Below the pieces are notes generated by a model. It ran no database searches. It was not told the origin of the DNA and saw nothing but the letters and a program-made list of their open reading frames with translations. 64,000 nt of DNA from Azolla caroliniana. Lineage: Eukaryota > Plantae > Polypodiophyta. Positions 27,901 to 40,300 of the stretch are shown in pieces. The position numbers and the translations under genes are program-made. The stretch's first letter is position 1. Each line of letters opens with the position of its first letter. Location: contig JBHGNT010000006.1 in the NCBI GenBank assembly GCA_043228905.1, forward strand, positions 62,001 to 126,000, written 5' to 3'.

Positions 27901-30900
27901 TCAACTCACTCCTCAAATTTGGTAATTACGTCATGTCTCTCGACCTGAGTTTCAAAATGTTGATTTTCTTATTCCATATCATAGCTAGCGTTGTTAGCTT
28001 CGATTCGCATGTTTGAACACAAAAATCCGATATCACACGAGCCAGGTATGAACATTTTAATTTACTTAAGGGCTCCTCTCAACTCACTCCTCAAATTTGG
28101 TAATTACGTCATGTCTCTCGAGCTGAGTTTCAAAATCTTGATTTTTTAATTCTATATGATAGCTAGCATTGTTAGCTTCGATTCGCATGTTTGTACACAA
28201 AAATCTGATATCACACGAGCCAGGTATGAACATTTTAATTTACCTACTAGCTCTTCTCAACTCACTCCTCAAATTTGGTAATTACGTCATGTCTCTCGAG
28301 CTGATTTTCAAAATCTTGATTTTTTAATTCTATATGATAGCTAGCATTGTTAGCTTCCATTCGCATGTTTGAATACAAAAATCCGATATCACACGAGCCA
28401 GGTATGAACATTTTAATTTACTCAAGGACTCCTCTCAACTGACTCCTCAAATTTGGTAATTTCGTCATGTCTCTCGACCTGAGTTTCAGAATCTTGATTT
28501 TTTAATTCCATATCATAGCTAGCGTTGTTAGCTTCGATTTGCATGTTTGAACACAAAAACCCGATATCACACGAGCCAGGTATGAACATTTTAATTTAGT
28601 CAAGCGCTCCTCTCAACTCACTCCTCAAATTTGGTAATTACGTCATGTCTCTCGACCTGAGTTTCAAAATCTTGATTTTTTAATTCTATATGATAGCTAG
28701 CGTTGTTAGCTTCGATTCGCATGTTTGAATATAAAAATCCGATGTCACACGAGCCAGGTATGAACATTTTAATTTACCTACTAGCTCTTCTCAACTCACT
28801 CCTCAAATTTGGTAATTTTGTCATGTCTCTCGACCTGAGTTTCAGAATCTTGATTTTTTAATTCCATATCATAGCTAGCGTTGTTAGCTTCGATTCGCAT
28901 GTTTGAACACAAAAATCCGATATCACACGAGCCAGGTATGAACATTTTAATTTACCTACTAGCTCTTCTCAACTCACTCCTCAAATTTGGTAATTTCTTC
29001 ATGTCTCTCGACCTGAGTTTCAAAATGTTGATTTTCTTATTCCATATCATAGCTAGCGTTGTTAGCTTCGATTCGCATGTTTGAACACAAAAATCCGATA
29101 TCACACGAGCCAGGTATGAACATTTTAATTTACTTAAGGGCTCCTCTCAACTCACTCCTCAAATTTGGTAATTACGTCATGTCTCTCGACCTGAGTTTCA
29201 AAATCTTGATTTTTTAATTCTATATGATAGCTAGCGTTGTTAGCTTCGATTCGCATGTTTGAACACAAAAATCCGATATCACACGAGCCAGGTATGAACA
29301 TTTTAATTTACCTACTAGCTCTTCTCAACTCAATCCTCAAATTTGGTAATTTCGTCATGTCTCTCGACCTGAGTTTCAAAATCTTGATTTTTTAATTCCA
29401 TATCATAGCTAGCGTTGTTAGCTTCGATTCGCATGTTTGTACACAAAAATCTGATATCACACGAGCCAGGTATGAACATTTTAATTTACCTACTAGCTCT
29501 TCTCAACTCACTCCTCAAATTTGGTAATTACGTCATGTCTCTCGAGCTGATTTTCAAAATCTTGATTTTTTAATTCTATATGATAGCTAGCATTGTAAGC
29601 TTCCATTCGCATGTTTGAATACAAAAATCCGATATCACACGAGCCAGGTATGAACATTTTAATTTACTCAAGCGCTCCTCTCAACTCACTCCTCAAATTT
29701 GGTAATTACGTCATGTCTCTCGACCTGAGTTTCAAAATCTTGATTTTTTAATTCTATATCATAGCTAGCGTTGTTAGCTTCGATTCGCATGTTTAAACAC
29801 AAAAAACCGATATCACACGAGCCAGGTATGAACATTTTAATTTACCTACTAGCTCTTCTCAACTAACTCCTCAAATTTGGTAATTTCGTCATGTCTATCG
29901 ACCTGAGTTTCAAAATCTTGATTTTTTAATTCCATATCATAGCTAGCGTTGTTAGCTTCGATTCGCATGTTTGTACACAAAAATCCGATATCACACGAGC
30001 CAGGTATGAACATTTTTATTTACCTACTAGCTCTTCTTAACTCACTACTCAAATTTGGTAATTTCTTCATGTCTCTCGACATGAGTTTCAAAATGTTGAT
30101 TTTTTTATTCCATATCATAGCTATTGTTGTTAGCTTCGATTCGCATGTTTGAACACAAAAATCCGATATCACACGAGCCAGGTATGAACATTTTAATTTA
30201 CTTAAGGGCTCCTCTCAACTCACTCCTCAAATTTGGTAATTACGTCATGTCTCTCGACCTGAGTTTCAAAATCTTGATTTTTTAATTCTATATGATAGCT
30301 AGCGTTGTTAGCTTCGATTCGCATGTTTGAACACAAAAATCCGATATCACACGAGCCAGGTATGAACATTTTAATTTACCTACTAGCTCTTCTCAACTCA
30401 ATCCTCAAATTTGGTAATTTCGTCATGTCTCTCGACCTGAGTTTCAAAATCTTGATTTTTTAATTCCATATCATAGCTAGCGTTGTTAGCTTCGATTCGC
30501 ATGTTTGTACACAAAAATCAGATATCACACGAGCCAGGTATGAACATTTTTATTTACCTACTAGCTCTTCTCAACTCACTCCTCAAATTTGGTAATTACG
30601 TCATGTCTCTCGAGCTGATTTTCAAAATCTTGATTTTTTAATTCTATATGATAGCTAGCATTGTTAGCTTCCATTCGCATGTTTGAATACAAAAATCCGA
30701 TATCACACGAGCCAGGTATGAACATTTTAATTTACTCAAGGACTCCTCTCAACTGACTCCTCAAATTTGGTAATTTCGTCATGTCTCTCGACCTGAGTTT
30801 CAGAATCTTGATTTTTTAATTCCATATCATAGCTAGCGTTGTTAGCTTCGATTTGCATGTTTGAACACAAAAACCCGATATCACACGAGCCAGGTATGAA

Positions 30901-33900
30901 CATTTTAATTTAGTCAAGCGCTCCTCTCAACTCACTCCTCAAATTTGGTAATTACGTCATGTCTCTCGACCTGAGTTTCAAAATCTTGATTTTTTAATTC
31001 TATATGATAGCTAGCGTTGTTAGCTTCGATTCGCATGTTTGAATATAAAAATCCGATGTCACACGAGCCAGGTATGAACATTTTAATTTACCTACTAGCT
31101 CTTCTCAACTCACTCCTCAAATTTGGTAATTTTGTCATGTCTCTCGACCTGAGTTTCAGAATCTTGATTTTTTAATTCCATATCATAGCTAGCGTTGTTA
31201 GCTTCGATTCGCATGTTTGAACACAAAAATCCGATATCACACGAGCCAGGTATGAACATTTTAATTTACCTACTAGCTCTTCTCAACTCACTCCTCAAAT
31301 TTGGTAATTTCTTCATGTCTCTCGACCTTAGTTTCAAAATGTTGATTTTCTTATTCCATATCATAGCTAGCGTTGTTAGCTTCGATTCGCATGTTTGAAC
31401 ACAAAAATCCGATATCACACGAGCCAGGTATGAACATTTTAATTTACTTAAGGGCTCCTCTCAACTCACTCCTCAAATTTGGTAATTACGTCATGTCTCT
31501 CGACCTGAGTTTCAAAATCTTGATTTTCTTATTCCATATCATAGCTAGCGTTGTTAGCTTCGATTCGCATGTTTGAACACAAAAATCCGATATCACACGA
31601 GCCAGGTATGAACATTTTAATTTACTTAAGGGCTCCTCTCAACTCACTCCTCAAATTTGGTAATTACGTCATGTCTCTCGAGCTGAGTTTCAAAATCTTG
31701 ATTTTTTAATTCTATATGATAGCTAGCATTGTTAGCTTCGAATCGCATGTTTGAATACAAAAATCCGATATCACACGAGCCAGGTATGAACATTTTAATT
31801 TACTCAAGGACTCCTCTCAACTGACTCCTCAAATTTGGTAATTACGTCATGTCTCTCGACCTGAGTTTCAAAATCTTGATTTTTTAATTCCATATCATAG
31901 CTAGCGTTGTTAGCTTCGATTTGCATGTTTGAACACAAATATCCGATATCACACGAGCCAGGTATGAACATTTTAATTTACTCAAGCGCTCCTCTCAACT
32001 CACTCCTCAAATTTGGTAATTACGTCATGTCTCTCGACCTGAGTTTCAAAATCTTGATTTTTTAATTCTATATGATAGCTAGCGTTGTTAGCTTCGATTC
32101 GCATGTTTAAACACAAAAATCCGATATCACACGAGCCAGGTATGAACATTTTAATTTACCTACTAGCTCTTCTCAACTAACTCCTCAAATTTGGTAATTT
32201 CGTCATGTCTATCGACCTGAGTTTCAAAATCTTGATTTTTTAATTCCATATCATAGCTAGCGTTGTTAGCTTCGATTCGCATGTTTGTACACAAAAATCC
32301 GATATCACACGAGCCAGGTATGAACATTTTAATTTACTCAAGCGCTCCTCTCAACTCAGTCCTCAAATTTGGTAATTACGTCATGTCTCTCGACCTGAGT
32401 TTCAAAATCTTGATTTTTTAATTCTATATGATAGCTAGCGTTGTTAGCTTCGATTCGCATGTTTGAACACAAAAATCCGATATCACACGAGCCAGGTATG
32501 AACATTTTTATTTACCTACTAGCTCTTCTCAACTCAGTCCTCAAATTTGGTAATTACGTCATGTCTCTCGAGCTGAGTTTCAAAATCTTGATTTTTTAAT
32601 TCTATATGATAGCTAGCATTGTTAGCTTCGAATCGCATGTTTGAATACAAAAATCCGATATCACACGAGCCAGGTATGAACATTTTAATTTACTCAAGGA
32701 CTCCTCTCAACTGACTCCTCAAATTTGGTAATTACGTCATGTCTCTCGACCTGAGTTTCAAAATCTTGATTTTTTAATTCTATATGATAGCTAGCGTTGT
32801 TAGCTTCGATTCGCATGTTTGAACACAAAAATCCGATATCACACGAGCCAGGTATGAACATTTTAATTTACCTACTAGCTCTTCTCAACTCACTCCTCAA
32901 ATTTGGTAATTTCTTCATGTCTCTCGACCTGAGTTTCAAAATGTTGATTTTCTTATTCCATATCATAGCTAGCGTTGTTAGCTTCGATTCGCATGTTTGA
33001 ACACAAAAATCCGATATCACACGAGCCAGGTATGAACATTTTAATTTACTTAAGGGCTCCTCTCAACTCACTCCTCAAATTTGGTAATTACGTCATGTCT
33101 CTCGACCTGAGTTTCAAAATGTTGATTTTCTTATTCCATATCATAGCTAGCGTTGTTAGCTTCGATTCGCATGTTTGAACACAAAAATCCGATATCACAC
33201 GAGCCAGGTATGAACATTTTAATTTACTTAAGGGCTCCTCTCAACTCACTCCTCAAATTTGGTAATTACGTCATGTCTCTCGAGCTGAGTTTCAAAATCT
33301 TGATTTTTTAATTCTATATGATAGCTAGCATTGTTAGCTTCGATTCGCATGTTTGTACACAAAAATCTGATATCACACGAGCCAGGTATGAACATTTTAA
33401 TTTACCTACTAGCTCTTCTCAACTCACTCCTCAAATTTGGTAATTACGTCATGTCTCTCGAGCTGATTTTCAAAATCTTGATTTTTTAATTCTATATGAT
33501 AGCTAGCATTGTTAGCTTCCATTCGCATGTTTGAATACAAAAATCCGATATCACACGAGCCAGGTATGAACATTTTAATTTACTCAAGGACTCCTCTCAA
33601 CTGACTCCTCAAATTTGGTAATTTCGTCATGTCTCTCGACCTGAGTTTCAGAATCTTGATTTTTTAATTCCATATCATAGCTAGCGTTGTTAGCTTCGAT
33701 TTGCATGTTTGAACACAAAAACCCGATATCACACGAGCCAGGTATGAACATTTTAATTTAGTCAAGCGCTCCTCTCAACTCACTCCTCAAATTTGGTAAT
33801 TACGTCATGTCTCTCGACCTGAGTTTCAAAATCTTGATTTTTTAATTCTATATGATAGCTAGCGTTGTTAGCTTCGATTCGCATGTTTGAATATAAAAAT

Positions 33901-34488
33901 CCGATGTCACACGAGCCAGGTATGAACATTTTAATTTACCTACTAGCTCTTCTCAACTCACTCCTCAAATTTGGTAATTTTGTCATGTCTCTCGACCTGA
34001 GTTTCAGAATCTTGATTTTTTAATTCCATATCATAGCTAGCGTTGTTAGCTTCGATTCGCATGTTTGAACACAAAAATCCGATATCACACGAGCCAGGTA
34101 TGAACATTTTAATTTACCTACTAGCTCTTCTCAACTCACTCCTCAAATTTGGTAATTTCTTCATGTCTCTCGACCTGAGTTTCAAAATGTTGATTTTCTT
34201 ATTCCATATCATAGCTAGCGTTGTTAGCTTCGATTCGCATGTTTGAACACAAAAATCCGATATCACACGAGCCAGGTATGAACATTTTAATTTACTTAAG
34301 GGCTCCTCTCAACTCACTCCTCAAATTTGGTAATTACGTCATGTCTCTCGACCTGAGTTTCAAAATCTTGATTTTTTAATTCTATATGATAGCTAGCGTT
34401 GTTAGCTTCGATTCGCATGTTTGAACACAAAAATCCGATATCACACGAGCCAGGTATGAACATTTTAATTTACCTACTAGCTCTTCTC
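23896..34488 (+). repeat. 29-monomer tandem duplication (period 5162 bp), near-identical copies
   Basis: Six ORF pairs offset by 5162 (24787/29949, 26033/31195, 26211/31373, 27635/32797, 27813/32975, 28881/34043); cgaccttagt 26161/31323; aaaaatcaga 25351/30513. Confidence 0.93.
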
Positions 34489-34786
34489 CACTCAATCCTC
34501 AAATTTGGAAATTTCGTCATGTCTCTCGACCTGAGTTTCAAAATCTTGATTTTTTAATTCCATATCATAGCTAGCGTTGTTAGCTTCGATTAGCATGTTT
34601 GTACACAAAAATCTGATATCACACGAGCCAGGTATGACCATTTTTATTTACCTACTAGCTCTTCTCAACTCACTCCTCAAATTTGGTAATTACATCATGT
34701 CTCTCGAGCTGAGTTTCAAAATCTTGATTTTTTAATTCTATATGATAGCTAGCATTGTTAGCTTCGATTCGCATGTTTGAATACAA

Positions 34787-34788
34787 AT
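34787..34788. other. 50-bp deletion junction within the satellite
   Basis: gaatacaaa|tcctctcaactga joins monomer position 158 to position 31 of the next monomer. ORF spacing 34043 to 34883 = 5x178-50. Confidence 0.95.
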
Positions 34789-36684
34789 CCTCTCAACTGA
34801 CTCCTCAAATTTGGTAATTACGTCATGTCTCTCGACCTGAGTTTCAAAATCTTGATTTTTTAATTCCATATCATAGCTAGCGTTGTTAGCTTCGATTCGC
34901 ATGTTTGTACACAAAAATCCGATATCACACGAGCCAGGTATGAACATTTTTATTTACCTACTAGCTCTTCTTAACTCACTACTCAAATTTGGTAATTTCT
35001 TCATGTCTCTCGACATGAGTTTCAAAATGTTGATTTTTTTATTCCATATCATAGCTATTGTTGTTAGCTTCGATTCGCATGTTTGAACACAAAAATCCGA
35101 TATCACACGAGCCAGGTATGAACATTTTAATTTACTTAAGGGCTCCTCTCAACTCACTCCTCAAATTTGGTAATTACGTCATGTCTCTCGACCTGAGTTT
35201 CAAAATCTTGATTTTTTAATTCTATATGATAGCTAGCGTTGTTAGCTTCGATTCACATGTTTGAACACAAAAATCCGATATCACACGAGCCAGGTATGAA
35301 CATTTTAATTTACCTACTAGCTCTTCTCAACTCAATCCTCAAATTTGGTAATTTCGTCATGTCTCTCGACCTGAGTTTCAAAATCTTGATTTTTTAATTC
35401 CATATCATAGCTAGCGTTGTTAGCTTCGATTCGCATGTTTGTACACAAAAATCAGATATCACACGAGCCAGGTATGAACATTTTTATTTACCTACTAGCT
35501 CTTCTCAACTCACTCCTCAAATTTGGTAATTACGTCATGTCTCTCGAGCTGATTTTCAAAATCTTGATTTTTTAATTCTATATGATAGCTAGCATTGTTA
35601 GCTTCCATTCGCATGTTTGAATACAAAAATCCGATATCACACGAGCCAGGTATGAACATTTTAATTTACTCAAGGACTCCTCTCAACTGACTCCTCAAAT
35701 TTGGTAATTTCGTCATGTCTCTCGACCTGAGTTTCAGAATCTTGATTTTTTAATTCCATATCATAGCTAGCGTTGTTAGCTTCGATTTGCATGTTTGAAC
35801 ACAAAAACCCGATATCACACGAGCCAGGTATGAACATTTTAATTTAGTCAAGCGCTCCTCTCAACTCACTCCTCAAATTTGGTAATTACGTCATGTCTCT
35901 CGACCTGAGTTTCAAAATCTTGATTTTTTAATTCTATATGATAGCTAGCGTTGTTAGCTTCGATTCGCATGTTTGAATATAAAAATCCGATGTCACACGA
36001 GCCAGGTATGAACATTTTAATTTACCTACTAGCTCTTCTCAACTCACTCCTCAAATTTGGTAATTTTGTCATGTCTCTCGACCTGAGTTTCAGAATCTTG
36101 ATTTTTTAATTCCATATCATAGCTAGCGTTGTTAGCTTCGATTCGCATGTTTGAACACAAAAATCCGATATCACACGAGCCAGGTATGAACATTTTAATT
36201 TACCTACTAGCTCTTCTCAACTCACTCCTCAAATTTGGTAATTTCTTCATGTCTCTCGACCTGAGTTTCAAAATGTTGATTTTCTTATTCCATATCATAG
36301 CTAGCGTTGTTAGCTTCGATTCGCATGTTTGAACACAAAAATCCGATATCACACGAGCCAGGTATGAACATTTTAATTTACTTAAGGGCTCCTCTCAACT
36401 CACTCCTCAAATTTGGTAATTACGTCATGTCTCTCGACCTGAGTTTCAAAATCTTGATTTTTTAATTCTATATGATAGCTAGCGTTGTTAGCTTCGATTC
36501 GCATGTTTGAACACAAAAATCCGATATCACACGAGCCAGGTATGAACATTTTAATTTACCTACTAGCTCTTCTCAACTCAATCCTCATATTTGGAAATTT
36601 CGTCATGTCTCTCGACCTGAGTTTCAAAATCTTGATTTTTTAATTCCATATCATAGCTAGCGTTGTTAGCTTCGATTAGCATGT

Positions 36685-36687
36685 TAA
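36685..36687. other. Net 25-bp deletion (26 bp replaced by a single A)
   Basis: gcatgtt-A-agccagg replaces monomer positions 149-174. ORF spacing 36129 to 37350 = 7x178-25. Confidence 0.93.
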
Positions 36688-37306
36688 GCCAGGTATGACC
36701 ATTTTTATTTACCTACTAGCTCTTCTCAACTCACTCCTCAAATTTGGTAATTACATCATGTCTCTCGAGCTGAGTTTCAAAATCTTGATTTTTTAATTCT
36801 ATATGATAGCTAGCATTGTTAGCTTCGATTCGCATGTTTGAATACAAAAATCCGATATCACACGAGCCAGGTATGAACATTTTAATTTACTCAAGGACTC
36901 CTCTCAACTGACTCCTCAAATTTGGTAATTACGTCATGTCTCTCGACCTGAGTTTCAAAATCTTGATTTTTTAATTCCATATCATAGCTAGCGTTGTTAG
37001 CTTCGATTTGCATGTTTGAACACAAATATCCGATATCACACGAGCCAGGTATGAACATTTTAATTTACTCAAGCGCTCCTCTCAACTCACTCCTCAAATT
37101 TGGTAATTACGTCATGTCTCTCGACCTGAGTTTCAAAATCTTGATTTTTTAATTCTATATCATAGCTAGCGTTGTTAGCTTCGATTCGCATGTTTAAACA
37201 CAAAAATCCGATATCACACGAGCCAGGTATGAACATTTTAATTTACCTACTAGCTCTTCTCAACTAACTCCTCAAATTTGGTAATTTCGTCATGTCTATC
37301 GACCTG

Positions 37307-40300
37307 AGTTTCAAAATCTTGATTTTTTAATTCCATATCATAGCTAGCGTTGTTAGCTTCGATTCGCATGTTTGTACACAAAAATCCGATATCACACGAG
37401 CCAGGTATGAACATTTTTATTTACCTACTAGCTCTTCTTAACTCACTCCTCAAATTTGGTAATTTCTTCATGTCTCTCGACATGAGTTTCAAAATGTTGA
37501 TTTTTTTATTCCATATCATAGCTATTGTTGTTAGCTTCGATTCGCATGTTTGAACACAAAAATCCGATATCACACGAGCCAGGTATGAACATTTTAATTT
37601 ACTTAAGGGCTCCTCTCAACTCACTCCTCAAATTTGGTAATTACGTCATGTCTCTCGACCTGAGTTTCAAAATCTTGATTTTTTAATTCTATATGATAGC
37701 TAGCGTTGTTAGCTTCGATTCGCATGTTTGAACACAAAAATCCGATATCACACGAGCCAGGTATGAACATTTTAATTTACCTACTAGCTCTTCTCAACTC
37801 AATCCTCAAATTTGGTAATTTCGTCATGTCTCTCGACCTGAGTTTCAAAATCTTGATTTTTTAATTCCATATCATAGCTAGCGTTGTTAGCTTCGATTCG
37901 CATGTTTGTACACAAAAATCTGATATCACACGAGCCAGGTATGAACATTTTAATTTACCTACTAGCTCTTCTCAACTCACTCCTCAAATTTGGTAATTAC
38001 GTCATGTCTCTCGAGCTGATTTTCAAAATCTTGATTTTTTAATTCTATATGATAGCTAGCATTGTAAGCTTCCATTCGCATGTTTGAATACAAAAATCCG
38101 ATATCACACGAGCCAGGTATGAACATTTTAATTTACCTACTAGCTCTTCTCAACTAACTCCTCAAATTTGGTAATTTCGTCATGTCTATCGACCTGAGTT
38201 TCAAAATCTTGATTTTTTAATTCCATATCATAGCTAGCGTTGTTAGCTTCGATTCGCATGTTTGTACACAAAAATCCGATATCACACGAGCCAGGTATGA
38301 ACATTTTTATTTACTCAAGCGCTCCTCTCAACTCAGTCCTCAAATTTGGTAATTACGTCATGTCTCTCGACCTGAGTTTCAAAATCTTGATTTTTTAATT
38401 CTATATGATAGCTAGCGTTGTTAGCTTCGATTCGCATGTTTGAACACAAAAATCCGATATCACACGAGCCAGGTATGAACATTTTAATTTACCTACTAGC
38501 TCTTCTCAACTAACTCCTCAAATTTGGTAATTTCGTCATGTCTCTCGACCTGAGTTTCAAAATCTTGATTTTTTAATTCTATATGATAGCTAGCGTTGTT
38601 AGCTTCGATTCGCATGTTTGAACACAAAAATCCGATATCACACGAGCCAGGTATGAACATTTTAATTTACCTACTAGCTCTTCTCAACTAACTCCTCAAA
38701 TTTGGTAATTTCGTCATGTCTCTCGACCTAAGTTTCAAAATCTTGATTTTTTAATTCCATATCATAGCTAGCGTTGTTAGCTTCGATTCGCATGTTTGTA
38801 CACAAAAATCCGATATCACACGAGCCAGGTATGAACATTTTAATTTACCTACTAGCTCTTCTCAACTCAGTCCTCAAATTTGGTAATTTCGTCATGTCTC
38901 TCGACCTGAGTTTCAAAATCTTGATTTTTTAATTCTATATGATAGCTAGCGTTGTTAGCTTCGATTCGCATGTTTGAACATAAAAATCAGATATCACACG
39001 AGCCAGGTATGAACATTTTTATTTACCTACTAGCTCTTCTCAACTCAATGCTCAAATTTGGTAATTACGTCATGTCTCTCGAGCTGAGTTTCAAAATCTT
39101 GATTTTTTAATTCTATATGATAGCTAGCATTGTTAGCTTCGAATCGCATGTTTGAATACAAAAATCCGATATCACACGAGCCAGGTATGAACATTTTAAT
39201 TTACTCAAGGACTCCTCTCAACTGACTCCTCAGATTTGGTAATTACGTCATGTCTCTCGACCTGAGTTTCAAAATCTTGATTTTTTAATTCTATATGATA
39301 GCTAGCGTTAGCTTCGATTCTCATGTTTGAACACAAAAATCCGATATCACACGAGCCAGGTATGAACATTTTTATTTACCTACTAGCTCTTCTCAACTCA
39401 ATGCTCAAATTTGGTAATTACGTCATGTCTCTCGAGCTGAGTTTCAAAATCTTGATTTTTTAATTCTATATGATAGCTAGCGTTGTTAGCTTCGATTCGC
39501 ATGTTTGTACACAAAAATCCGATATCACACGAGCCAGGTATGAACATTTTTATTTACTCAAGGGCTCCTCTCAACTCACTCCTCAAATTTGGTAATTACG
39601 TCATGTCTCTCGACCTGAGTTTCAAAATCTTGATTTTTTAATTCCATATCATAGCTAGCGTTGTTAGCTTCGATTTGCATGTTTGAACACAAATATCCGA
39701 TATCATACGAGCCAGGTATGAACATTTTAATTTACCTACTAGCTCTTCTCAACTCACTCCTCAAATTTGGTAATTTCTTCATGTCTCTCGACCTGAGTTT
39801 CAAAATGTTGATTTTCTTATTCCATATCATAGCTAGCGTTGTTAGCTTCGATTCGCATGTTTGAACACAAAAATCCGATATCACACGAGCCAGGTATGAA
39901 CATTTTAATTTACCTACTAGCTCTTCTCAACTAACTCCTCAAATTTGGTAATTACGTGATGTCTCTCGACCTGAGTTTCAAAATCTTGATTTTCTAATTC
40001 TATATGATAGCTAGCGTTGTTAGCTTCGATTCGCATGTTTGAACACAAAAATCCGATATCACACGAGCCAGGTATGAACATTTTAATTTACCTACTAGCT
40101 CTTCTCAACTAACTCCTCAAATTTGGTAATTTCGTCATGTCTCTCGACCTGAGTTTCAAAATCTTGATTTTTTAATTCTATATGATAGCTAGCGTTGTTA
40201 GCTTCGATTCGCATGTTTGAACACAAAAATCCGATATCACACGAGCCAGGTATGAACATTTTAATTTACTTACTAGCTCTTCTCAACTAACTCCTCAAAT

